A stretch of DNA of 64,000 nucleotides from Verrucomicrobiia bacterium (GTDB lineage: Bacteria > Verrucomicrobiota > Verrucomicrobiia > Limisphaerales > UBA11358): the NCBI GenBank assembly GCA_035776755.1, contig DASTWS010000033.1, positions 9,771-73,770 on the forward strand. Direction: 5' to 3'. Below the pieces are notes generated by a model. The model was not told the origin of the DNA. It was given only the letters and a program-made list of their open reading frames with translations, and did no database searches. Of the stretch, positions 40,090 through 48,415 are shown piece after piece. A program made the position numbers and the translations under genes. Position 1 is the first letter of the stretch. Each line of letters starts with the position of its first letter.

Positions 40090-40866
40090 TTAATTCACAG
40101 CTTTGCGCCGGAAAACCAGACAGGCAGCAATTAAAAACGCCGCGATGTAGGCCAGCGCATAAAGAACGGCCATCCCGAAATAAAACCACGGCACCACCGG
40201 CCAGTCATGGACGATCAAATCGCGCACATCAAAAATCTCCAGGTGCGGGATAACGAGGTAGATGGCGTAAATGATCGATTGGGCCGGTTCCGGCTGGCCA
40301 AGGGCAATTTGATGAAGATGCCGGCCGATGGTCAGGATACCGGCAACAAAGACAAAGATAATGGTAGCGTTGGACGAAGGCGCGGCAAAAACAAGCGAGC
40401 CAAAGAGCGTCATCGCAACGACGACGCCGAGCACGACCCAATGCAATGCCGCCGCTTGAAAATAATTCAACAATGGCAGGTGATGTTCACGACTGGCGGC
40501 GAGGGCGGCAAAAAAAACGTAAAAGCAAAATAGAGTCAGGCCGCAGGCAAACCAGCAACCCAAAAATTTTCCAATGATCAATTGCGCACGGGTGATCGGT
40601 TTGGCCAGCAGCGGCAACAGCGTGCGTTGTTCCCGTTCCGCCGGAATTTGGCGCGCGGTCGTGGTGATGGCAATGACGAGTGAGGCCAGCCAAATAAGCA
40701 ACAGACAAATCTCTTTCAGATAACGGACAATTTTATCGTCGTTGAAAACATTGACCGACGCCATCACGAGACAGATCAAAATGGTGATGATGAAGAGGAC
40801 GTAGAAGTCCTTGCGCCGGTAAAGTTCTTTGATGACGACCCCGGATAAAGCGAAAATCGTTTTCAT
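40090..40866 (-). CDS. ABC-2-type transporter permease (6 TM)
   Basis: MKTIFALSGVVIKELYRRKDFYVLFII..., with the AEREQRTLLPLLAKPI motif typical of NosY/GldF-like ABC-2 permeases. ATGA overlap with the ATPase gene. Confidence 0.7.
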   Translation of the reverse strand: MKTIFALSGVVIKELYRRKDFYVLFIITILICLVMASVNVFNDDKIVRYLKEICLLLIWLASLVIAITTTARQIPAEREQRTLLPLLAKPITRAQLIIGKFLGCWFACGLTLFCFYVFFAALAASREHHLPLLNYFQAAALHWVVLGVVVAMTLFGSLVFAAPSSNATIIFVFVAGILTIGRHLHQIALGQPEPAQSIIYAIYLVIPHLEIFDVRDLIVHDWPVVPWFYFGMAVLYALAYIAAFLIAACLVFRRKAVN

Positions 40867-41612
40867 GCTATTTGTTCCTGATAGCCGACGATGTTGAGGA
40901 ATGCCTTTTCGAGGTTGGCGTAGCCTTCCATGATTTGCTGGACGCGCCCCACGTTTTTCAATTCTCCTTGATGAATAATGGCCACCCGGTCGCAAACCGT
41001 TTCAACCTCGCCAAGTTCATGTGACGAAAAGAAAACCGTTTTGCCTTCGTTTTTCAGGCGCTGGATGATTTCCCGGACTTTCATTCGTCCCAATGGATCC
41101 AACCCGCTGGTCGGCTCATCAAGAATCAAAAGGTCGGGGTTATTGATCAAAGCCTGCGCCAGGCCAACCCGTTGTTGCATGCCTTTGGAATAGGATTTGA
41201 TCGGCCGTTTGCGGGCGTGTTCCAATTCAACCAGTTTAAGCAATTGGTCTATTCTTTTCCCGGTTTCCGCGCGGGGAATTTTAAAAATTTTTGCGTAAAA
41301 CCGCAGGATTTCTTCCGCCGTGAGAAATTTGTAGTAATACGTCAATTCAGGCAAATAACCGATGCGCTGTCGGGCGATGGGCTCGCGAACGTCGATACCA
41401 AAGAGATACGCGGTGCCGCTGGTCGGCGGGACGAATCCCAGCAGGACGTTCATCGTTGTCGTTTTGCCGGCGCCATTGGGTCCGAGGAATCCAAATACTT
41501 CGCCCGTGTTGACTTCAAGGTCCAGACCGTGCAGGGCAATTTTTTTTTGCTGGCGAAGTTCGCGGTTTTTGAATTCAACGCGGAGCTTTTCGGTTTTCAG
41601 AATAACGCTCAT
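40863..41612 (-). CDS. ABC transporter ATP-binding protein
   Basis: Walker A GPNGAGKTT, signature YSKGMQQRV, Walker B LLILDEPTSGLD, H-loop SSHEL. Start at MSVILKTEKL (41612). Confidence 0.9.
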   Translation of the reverse strand: MSVILKTEKLRVEFKNRELRQQKKIALHGLDLEVNTGEVFGFLGPNGAGKTTTMNVLLGFVPPTSGTAYLFGIDVREPIARQRIGYLPELTYYYKFLTAEEILRFYAKIFKIPRAETGKRIDQLLKLVELEHARKRPIKSYSKGMQQRVGLAQALINNPDLLILDEPTSGLDPLGRMKVREIIQRLKNEGKTVFFSSHELGEVETVCDRVAIIHQGELKNVGRVQQIMEGYANLEKAFLNIVGYQEQIA

Positions 41613-41668
41613 GCTGTTGCGGTTAGACCATCTTTTCGTAAAAAAATTCAATTGCAAAGTCAATCGGC

Positions 41669-41702
41669 AAAATAAAAAAGGCCGAAGCGAAACACTTCGG
41701 CC
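41669..41702 (-). terminator. Rho-independent terminator after pilin gene 1
   Basis: Minus strand reads GGCCGAAGtgtttcgCTTCGGCC followed by TTTTTTATTTT. Confidence 0.7.
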
Positions 41703-41722
41703 TTGATTATGAATAACAGATA

Positions 41723-42097
41723 TTACGGCAGGATGTGCGCCGGAGTCACTGTGCTGCCCAACGAACAAGCCGGATTATCTCCCACGGCATCATCACTGTA
41801 GGAACCGCCAGCGGGGCACGGAGGAATGCTGTTGTCTTTGTTCAACTTGATGTAAGGGCTCAAGTCGTCCGGATAGGTGATGGAGTCACCGGTTTTCTTG
41901 TGTTGTTCCAACGCGAACTGTTGTGCCGCCGCGTCAATCTGGCGGAGGTTGTTGATACAGGCATTGGCTTGAGACGTCGCACGGGCTTTCACAAAGTTGG
42001 GAATCGCGATGGCCGCCAGCAAACCAATGATGGCGACAACGATCATGATTTCCACCAGGGTGAAGCCTGCCTTACGGAGGTTTTTCGTTTTTTTCAT
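41723..42097 (-). CDS. Prepilin-type (type IV pilin / T2SS pseudopilin-like) small protein, paralog 1
   Basis: Class III signal peptide MKKTKNLRKAG|FTLVEIMIVVAIIGLLAAIAIPNF (Glu5). Four Cys (ACINN, PCPAGG, ACSLG). Confidence 0.85.
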   Translation of the reverse strand: MKKTKNLRKAGFTLVEIMIVVAIIGLLAAIAIPNFVKARATSQANACINNLRQIDAAAQQFALEQHKKTGDSITYPDDLSPYIKLNKDNSIPPCPAGGSYSDDAVGDNPACSLGSTVTPAHILP

Positions 42098-42192
42098 GTT
42101 CTTTTATCTGCGGTGTGAACAGCGCGACAGGCGGGTTATACGATTACAGAGTTGTTCACTGGATTGCCTGTCACAACCGCGGAATTGACATT

Positions 42193-42208
42193 AGCAGCCT
42201 CGATGCCA
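42193..42208 (-). promoter_or_regulatory. Sigma-54-type -24/-12 promoter for pilin paralog 1 (minus strand TGGCATCGAGGCTGCT)
   Basis: GG-N10-GC spacing is correct: TGGCAT / CTGCT. About 85 nt upstream of ATG 42097. Confidence 0.5.
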
Positions 42209-42235
42209 GATTCAAGGAGTTTTCCATGCCTCAAA

Positions 42236-42610
42236 TCAAGGCAACACATGAGGAGGATTAACTGTGGTGCCCAATGAGCAGATAGCTTGTGGAATTGCGC
42301 CCACCTGAAGCAACTCGTAATTTCCGCCAGCGGGGCATTCGGGTATCTTGTTGTCGGAATTTAACTTGATGTATGAGCTGACATCATTCGGATAAGCAAC
42401 GGTGTCACCAACGTGTTTTCTGTTTTCGATGGCAAATTGTTGGACGGCTGATTCTATTTGCCGAAGGTTGTTGATGCAGATCGTTGCCTGGGCTTTGGCA
42501 CGTGCATGGATGAAACTGGGAATCGCAATGGCCGCCAACAGCGCAATGATGGCCACAACGATCATAATTTCTACGAGAGTAAAACCTGATTTATGGATAG
42601 GAGCTTTCAT
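42236..42610 (-). CDS. Prepilin-type small protein, divergent paralog 2
   Basis: MKAPIHKSG|FTLVEIMIVVAIIALLAAIAIPSF, with the same four-Cys scaffold. Visibly more AT-rich DNA than its neighbours. Confidence 0.85.
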   Translation of the reverse strand: MKAPIHKSGFTLVEIMIVVAIIALLAAIAIPSFIHARAKAQATICINNLRQIESAVQQFAIENRKHVGDTVAYPNDVSSYIKLNSDNKIPECPAGGNYELLQVGAIPQAICSLGTTVNPPHVLP

Positions 42611-42768
42611 GTTGTTAGAGGTATGCAGCTACAACTTCGTTACAGAATCTAGGGTTGATGCTGCAAAAGTTACAGTTTATGGAAAAAAATTAAAGCAAAA
42701 TCGCCAGGCTAAACAGCGTATATTACACGCTCAAGTCACGACTTTTTGGCTAATTTTACCTTGTTTTA

Positions 42769-43146
42769 CTATGGGAGAATGTGCGCCGGTGTCACCTGGC
42801 TGCCCAAGGAACACGTTGGATTTGTTGTTAAATTGCCGTAGTGACCGACATAGCTGCCGCCGGCCGGACAACCCGGAATGCTGTTGTCTTTGTTCAACTT
42901 GATATACGGAGTCAAATCCGACGTATTGGGAGTAGCATTATCCAATTTCCCCTGCTCCAAAGCCCACTGGTTTTTTGCGCCATCAATTTGGCGCAAATTG
43001 TTGATGCAGGCATTCGCCTGCGAAGTGGCCCGGGCTTTCACAAAGTTGGGAATCGCAATCGCCGCCAACAGGCCGATAATGGCCACGACAATCATGATTT
43101 CCACGAGCGTGAAGCCCCTCTTGCGTGAGTTATTCGTCGTTTTCAT
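42769..43146 (-). CDS. Prepilin-type small protein, paralog 3
   Basis: MKTTNNSRKRG|FTLVEIMIVV... 45 consecutive residues (GFTLVE...NNLRQID) are identical to paralog 1. Start at ATG 43146 (the track ORF extends to 43293 through the promoter region). Confidence 0.85.
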   Translation of the reverse strand: MKTTNNSRKRGFTLVEIMIVVAIIGLLAAIAIPNFVKARATSQANACINNLRQIDGAKNQWALEQGKLDNATPNTSDLTPYIKLNKDNSIPGCPAGGSYVGHYGNLTTNPTCSLGSQVTPAHILP

Positions 43147-43246
43147 GTTTATATTCGCTTCGGCAGCAGTGAACGACAGCAGACGGTTATTATAATAACA
43201 ATGTTCACTTAATTGCCTGCTGCAACCACCAAAACATCCAAGTCGT

Positions 43247-43262
43247 AGCACCATAAATGCCA
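43247..43262 (-). promoter_or_regulatory. Sigma-54-type -24/-12 promoter for pilin paralog 3 (minus strand TGGCATTTATGGTGCT)
   Basis: GG-N10-GC spacing is correct. Same TGGCAT...TGCT flavour as the paralog 1 promoter. About 90 nt upstream of ATG 43146. Confidence 0.5.
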
Positions 43263-43400
43263 ATAGCCAAGTCAAATCCTCCGCACAGGACATGATTCTG
43301 ATTTGCCGTAAACTTTTGTTTTTAACGTTCAGGACAAAGTGTCTGTCCCGGTTTTAGCGCGCTGTATTCTTTTAAGACAGGTTTTCCGCCGGGAAAATCA

Positions 43401-44315
43401 CTATATTTGAAAGTCAATTGTTGCCCTTTTATCCTCCTTGTTCAAAACGCGCATGTCCAGGCCATCATAAATCACCAGCGAATTCGGCGCGACACTCTCC
43501 ATGATAAATACATTTCCGCCAATCGTGCTGTTCGCGCCGATGATCGTCTCGCCGCCAAGAATGGTTGCTCCCGGATAAATCGTGACCCGGTCTTCAATCG
43601 TCGGATGCCGTTTCCTGCCGCGCAAACTTTGTCCGCCGGCCGTGCTCCGCGCGCCGAGCGTCACGCCATGATACATCTTCACATGATTGCCGATGACCGC
43701 CGTTTCTCCGACGACCGTCCCGGTGCAATGATCCACAAAAAAATGCGAGCCGATCTTCGCCCCCGGATGCAAATCCATTCCCGAACGGAAATGCGCCCAC
43801 TCCGTCATGATGCGCGGAATCAGCGCCACATTTTTCAGATACAATTCATGCGCCAGCCGTTGCACCGAAATGACTTCGATGAACGGATACGACACAATGA
43901 TCTCATCCTTGCTCGCCGCCGCCGGATCGCCGTTGAAGGCCGCTTCCACGTCCGTCTGTAAAATTTCCCGGATGGCCGGCAATTTCCCAAGGAATTCCGC
44001 CGTCAACGCGTGCGCCGCTTTGGTGATTTCTTTTTTTGGCAAATCGTCCGGCGGACTGTATTCGAAACTTTTACGGATCTCATCTTCCAGCCGCCCGAAA
44101 ATGGAATCCAACAATGCCGCTGTTTCCACCTTTATTTCCGACGAATGGACCGGTTTCTCATCAAAAAATCCCGGAAACAACAATCGCAACAAATCGCATG
44201 TGATCGCCGTTATCGCCCTTTTGGACGGCAAATTTTTTCCGTCCAAATGGTTGATGCCGCCGGCGCGCGCATACGACGACACCAATTCGTTTGTCAAATG
44301 GGAAACCGTTTCCAC
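43401..44315 (-). CDS. cysE: Serine O-acetyltransferase (long N-terminal-domain form)
   Basis: Left-handed beta-helix hexapeptide repeats (DLHPGAKIGSHFFVDHCTGTVVGETAVIGNHVKMYHGVTLG...) after an about 170-aa helical SAT N-domain. Confidence 0.85.
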   Translation of the reverse strand: METVSHLTNELVSSYARAGGINHLDGKNLPSKRAITAITCDLLRLLFPGFFDEKPVHSSEIKVETAALLDSIFGRLEDEIRKSFEYSPPDDLPKKEITKAAHALTAEFLGKLPAIREILQTDVEAAFNGDPAAASKDEIIVSYPFIEVISVQRLAHELYLKNVALIPRIMTEWAHFRSGMDLHPGAKIGSHFFVDHCTGTVVGETAVIGNHVKMYHGVTLGARSTAGGQSLRGRKRHPTIEDRVTIYPGATILGGETIIGANSTIGGNVFIMESVAPNSLVIYDGLDMRVLNKEDKRATIDFQI

Positions 44316-44410
44316 GAAGACGATTTACCACAAAGAAGCAATTGCACAAAGCGGAATTCGCAGACGACCCGGGCTGCCGGCGGAAAATCTTTCAAATGGA
44401 AATGCGGAAA

Positions 44411-45427
44411 TCAATTCATCACCGCCGCGTTGCGCTGATCCAATTGTCGCTCCAGGTAAATATCTTCCGGAGCCTCGAGCCATGCGGTATACCAAAGGTT
44501 TCCCAGCATTTGGCCGGCCTTTACCAATTGCCCGTCCAAAAACGGACGTCCCTGCATTCCTTTCACGCCGTCACCGGTCAGTTCGCCGTTTTTCTCCATT
44601 TCATAAAGAGGTTCCACAAATTTGTTCTGCTCAACCAGGTAGGCGACAACAAAATGAAAAAAACTTTCCGGATCGTCCGCATTTGGAATTTTTGTCGCGG
44701 GACGGATTTTTCCGACAAGCGCCTTCATCTTTATGCCGCCGGTTTTTTTGAAATAACCGCCGTCAATCCATCCATGAAACGTCGGCTTCGTCGTATAACC
44801 TTTCGGGTTCTCTCCCACCCACCCATTGAAATGCTTCGTCGTATGCAGCGGCTGCGAACCGTCGCCGACGTAATGTCCCATCACGCCCATGACGTAAACG
44901 ATGTCCGCCTGCGCATCGGCGATTTCCTCCGGCGTGCCACCGTGCGTCCGCAGTGCTTTGAAAACGGCAAAATCGGATTTCAATTTTTCATAATTCTCCG
45001 TGATCGCCCACGGCAAAAATCCATCCAACTCTCGCGCATGGTCCGTGTCTTTCATCGGATTGATCGGTGGGAATTTTTCCGGATGTGCCGCGCGTGCTTT
45101 GGCGATTTCGGCCATGAAATCATAGCGCATGATCGGCAATGTCTCGGGTGTCAGGCCATATAATTTCAAATCTTCGAAATCAATATAATGGTCCGGCCCA
45201 TTCAAATTTTTCAACGGCGCATCGCCCACGTTGCGCCAGCGGTCCGGTTCGCCCGCCAGAAATTCGATCCTTCCTTTGATAACGGGCGTCAGCTCCATCC
45301 CAAAATCCTTCGGCAATGAAGCCAGCGCCAATTCATTGATCGCGTGATGACCCTCGTAATCCCATGCGCTCACATTCAAAGCGAGCGCAGCAAACGCGAG
45401 TGTGATTGCGAAGATTTTTCGTTTCAT
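44411..45427 (-). CDS. Secreted S1/P1-nuclease-like zinc-dependent hydrolase
   Basis: Signal peptide, then the mature N-terminus W-DYE-GH (compare WGxxGH), HYIDFED (compare HFID), GHYVGDGSQPLH (compare H..GD..QPLH). Start at ATG 45427. Confidence 0.65.
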   Translation of the reverse strand: MKRKIFAITLAFAALALNVSAWDYEGHHAINELALASLPKDFGMELTPVIKGRIEFLAGEPDRWRNVGDAPLKNLNGPDHYIDFEDLKLYGLTPETLPIMRYDFMAEIAKARAAHPEKFPPINPMKDTDHARELDGFLPWAITENYEKLKSDFAVFKALRTHGGTPEEIADAQADIVYVMGVMGHYVGDGSQPLHTTKHFNGWVGENPKGYTTKPTFHGWIDGGYFKKTGGIKMKALVGKIRPATKIPNADDPESFFHFVVAYLVEQNKFVEPLYEMEKNGELTGDGVKGMQGRPFLDGQLVKAGQMLGNLWYTAWLEAPEDIYLERQLDQRNAAVMN

Positions 45428-45506
45428 ATTTCTGAATTTAACAAAATGCCGGCCGCCGCCGACAAAATTAGTGACGGCAGACATCCAATTCTGGTTAAAT
45501 TTTTTC

Positions 45507-46370
45507 GTGAAAATCATTTGCGACGAAAAATGCGCCGGTTATTCGAGCGCTGGACATCCCGAACGTCCCGCCCGGATCACCAAAACATTCGAGCGGCTGG
45601 AAAATCAAAATGATTTGGCAATCGAATGGCTCGCGCCGACGCAGGTGTCCGACGCACAAATCCTTCGCGCTCATGCGCCCGAAATGCTCGCGCGGTTGCA
45701 AATCCCAAAAGATTTCGACCCCGATACGCCATTTCACGAAGGCATTTTGGATTATGCCCGCGCCTCCGCCGCCGCGGCGCTCGACGCGATGAAATCGGCG
45801 CGCGCCGGTGAAATTGTTTTTTCACTCATGCGTCCGCCCGGTCATCATGCCACGCACAATCTGTCCATGGGCTTTTGTTATTTGAATAACATCGCCATCG
45901 CCGCGCTCGAAGCGCTGGCAACCGGCACCAAGCGCATCGCCGTTTTCGATTTCGACGTCCATCACGGTAACGGCACCGAAGATATTTTGCTCAATCGCAA
46001 TGGCGCCGCATTTTTTTCCGTCCATCAGTCCCCGCAATATCCCCACACCGGAGAAGAAGATGCCGGCAGCAATTGTTTCAATTATACCGTTGAACCCTCC
46101 GCGCCTCGGGAAACCTATCGCGCCACCCTCGCGCGGGCGCTGGATGATTTGAAAAAATTTTCGCCGGATTTGATCGGCGTTTCGGCCGGTTTTGACGCCT
46201 ACGAGCGCGACCCGCTTGTTTCCGGTTCGCTCACGGCTGAAGATTTCCGCTGGCTTGGCGCGGAATTGCGCGCGATGGACGTTCCATTTTTTAGCCTGCT
46301 TGAAGGCGGTTACAGCCGCGATTTGCCGGATTTGATTTTGGCTTATCTCAAAGGAATCAACGACCGATAA
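45507..46370 (+). CDS. Histone-deacetylase-family (acetoin-utilisation/acetylpolyamine amidohydrolase-like) protein
   Basis: GHPERPAR, RPPGHHA, FDFDVHHGNGT, GFDAY..DPL. GTG 45507 gives (M)KIICDEK and avoids overlap with the divergent nuclease gene. Confidence 0.85.
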   Translation: MKIICDEKCAGYSSAGHPERPARITKTFERLENQNDLAIEWLAPTQVSDAQILRAHAPEMLARLQIPKDFDPDTPFHEGILDYARASAAAALDAMKSARAGEIVFSLMRPPGHHATHNLSMGFCYLNNIAIAALEALATGTKRIAVFDFDVHHGNGTEDILLNRNGAAFFSVHQSPQYPHTGEEDAGSNCFNYTVEPSAPRETYRATLARALDDLKKFSPDLIGVSAGFDAYERDPLVSGSLTAEDFRWLGAELRAMDVPFFSLLEGGYSRDLPDLILAYLKGINDR

Positions 46371-46420
46371 TTGCCGCAGAAAAAACTTTTGCTTTTCTTT
46401 CCTTTCACGAAAATGATTTT

Positions 46421-47062
46421 GTGAACGTCGCATTTATCATCGGCTTCGTCATCGTTTATTTTCTGCAATCCACGGCGCTGCTGGCGTTTTTGTGGATCAT
46501 GATAAAAATCCAGAAGTTCGATTACGCGTGGCTGCCGCTCATCGGCTCGGCCTTTCTCGCCGGCGGATTGGATCTGATTCCCATCGTGGGCCATTTCATC
46601 GCCGTGCCGGTGCTTTATATTTGCATCTGGAAAATCACCCGCAGCACGATTTTTCCCGACGCCACGTTCACCGTGGTTTTGTCTTATGCGCTGATGCGTT
46701 GTCTGGGCTGGATTTTATTGACCGTCGGCATGAGCAATTTTCACGCGACGGCGATGTTCCACAACGACGACGAAACGAATGAAGTCATGATGGTGACTGC
46801 GCCGGCGACCAATCCGCCGCCGGAAATTTCCAAAGCTGCGAATAAAATTGCCGAAAAAATTTCCATCAAAGGCATCAGCCGGGGAGCCGGCAGCACGATG
46901 GCGACAATTCAATACGGTTCGAGAGATTACATCCTTTCGCTCAACGAAGCCGTCTCCATTTCCACGGAAGAAGGATTGGTCACTGTGAAGCTTGTGGAAG
47001 CAGGCGACGACTCCGTCACGCTCACCGTGCGCGGTGAAAAAGTGAAATACTCGTTGAAATAG
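46421..47062 (+). CDS. Hypothetical membrane protein (4 TM) with a small C-terminal beta domain
   Basis: GTG start, hydrophobic N-half. C-terminal ISIKGISRGAGSTMATIQYGSRDYILSLNEAVS...VKLVEAGDDSVTLTVRGEKVKYSL. No family recognised with confidence. Confidence 0.5.
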   Translation: MNVAFIIGFVIVYFLQSTALLAFLWIMIKIQKFDYAWLPLIGSAFLAGGLDLIPIVGHFIAVPVLYICIWKITRSTIFPDATFTVVLSYALMRCLGWILLTVGMSNFHATAMFHNDDETNEVMMVTAPATNPPPEISKAANKIAEKISIKGISRGAGSTMATIQYGSRDYILSLNEAVSISTEEGLVTVKLVEAGDDSVTLTVRGEKVKYSLK

Positions 47063-47794
47063 CTATTTCACCGCGGCCCAGACGCGATGCACGTCATCGT
47101 GATCGTCCAGCGATTGCAAAAACTCTCCCACTTCGGCGCGTTGCGCGTCGGTCAATTCAGGAAATTGCTTTGGCAAAAATCCGATTTCGCTCGTGATCAC
47201 CGTCCATCCGTTTCCGGAAAGCCATTTTGCGACGGCGGCAACGGCCGCGCGGTCGCAAATGAATTTCGCGCCCGCGGCATTTTCCGGAATGTCGTCATTT
47301 TGCTCGCCGGTCAAAATTTCCACTTCGTTCGCGCCGGCTTCAATCGCCGCCGCCTCGCGGTCAATGCTCGCGTCCGGATGAAATGCTTCGACGATTCCGA
47401 CGTGGTCGAATAAAAATTTATTGCTGCCCGTCGTGCCGAGCTGGCCTTTTTTGAAAAGCACGCGGACTTCCGGCGCGGTGCGATTCACATTGTCCGTGTA
47501 AACTTCCACGATGACCGGCACGTTGTGCGGCGCTTTGCCTTCGAACACCACATGCTCCATGATCAATTTTTCATCGCCGGTGCCCGCGCCCTTTTTAATG
47601 GCGCGTTCGATGACATCTTTGTTGACGCTTTCTTTTTTCGCCTTTTCGATCGCGGTGAAAAGCCGCGCGTTCATTGCGGGATCCGCGCCACCCATCTTGG
47701 CAGCAACGGAAATTTCACGAACGAGTTTGCCCGTCGTCCGGCCCTTTTTCAGACCGGCGACGAGTCGCTTTGCATGAAGCCATTGGCGTCCCAT
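47063..47794 (-). CDS. YebC/PmpR-family DNA-binding transcriptional regulator
   Basis: KKGRTTGKLVREISVAAKMGGADPAMNARLFTAIEKAKKESVNKDVIERAIKKG is the canonical YebC N-terminus. Confidence 0.9.
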   Translation of the reverse strand: MGRQWLHAKRLVAGLKKGRTTGKLVREISVAAKMGGADPAMNARLFTAIEKAKKESVNKDVIERAIKKGAGTGDEKLIMEHVVFEGKAPHNVPVIVEVYTDNVNRTAPEVRVLFKKGQLGTTGSNKFLFDHVGIVEAFHPDASIDREAAAIEAGANEVEILTGEQNDDIPENAAGAKFICDRAAVAAVAKWLSGNGWTVITSEIGFLPKQFPELTDAQRAEVGEFLQSLDDHDDVHRVWAAVK

Positions 47795-47854
47795 AGAAAA
47801 TTCAATTTAAGAAAAACGCAGGTGCAAACCAAACACTTTTAGCCTGGCGTCACG

Positions 47855-48415
47855 TTATTTCCACGCGCCTTCGGTGACGAGTTCAGCCACATTGCGCGCC
47901 AGGTCTTCGGCAGCAACCGGCATTGCCTGCCGTTCACCGTCCTGCAAATCCACGCCGACATTCACAAGCGTGCTGCCGGAAATGTTTTTCGAGAACAAGA
48001 GCTTCCCGCTCCCGCGCTCGCGCACGACAACATGCGCGATGATGCTGACCCGGTAATTCTGCGGCGTGGCAACGTCCGTATTCAAATAGCTCAACGGCTG
48101 GCGGGCGTAATTGATGATGATGCCGCTCACGACGACATCGCCCGGCTCGCCGGTCACCAGCCGATACGTCCCATCCGCCTGCAAACGTTCGCGCAACGCC
48201 TGCGTCACCGCATCGCCAAGACGCGGCTGGAGGGTTTGATTGTTGAATGGCTGAACTTCAATCGTTTTATCGCCGGCAATTTGGCCATTGACCGGACCCG
48301 GACGATAACCAGCACAACCGGCGAGGACCGCCACGAGGATGGCGAAAAGAAAATTGAAGAGGACGAGCCTCGTCGTTGCGTTTCCGGTTTTCAATTTTCT
48401 GTTTTCGCTTTGCAT
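47855..48415 (-). CDS. LptE-like outer-membrane lipoprotein
   Basis: Lipobox LAGCAGY. Size, the QPRLGDAVTQALRERL pattern and the position after a BamD-like gene fit. TAATG overlap with the upstream gene. Confidence 0.5.
   Translation of the reverse strand: MQSENRKLKTGNATTRLVLFNFLFAILVAVLAGCAGYRPGPVNGQIAGDKTIEVQPFNNQTLQPRLGDAVTQALRERLQADGTYRLVTGEPGDVVVSGIIINYARQPLSYLNTDVATPQNYRVSIIAHVVVRERGSGKLLFSKNISGSTLVNVGVDLQDGERQAMPVAAEDLARNVAELVTEGAWK

Noticed and set aside
41540-41548. Nine-nt homopolymer (A9 on the coding strand) inside the ABC ATPase gene, as a phase-variation site
   Set aside because: It encodes QQKKI within an intact conserved domain. A single tract of this length is not enough evidence, and other T7-T8 runs occur in ordinary genes here.
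42694-42707. Minus-strand CTGGCGATTTTGCT upstream of pilin paralog 2, as a sigma-54 promoter
   Set aside because: The GG-to-GC spacing is 3 nt shorter than required. It was kept only as a possible decayed element.
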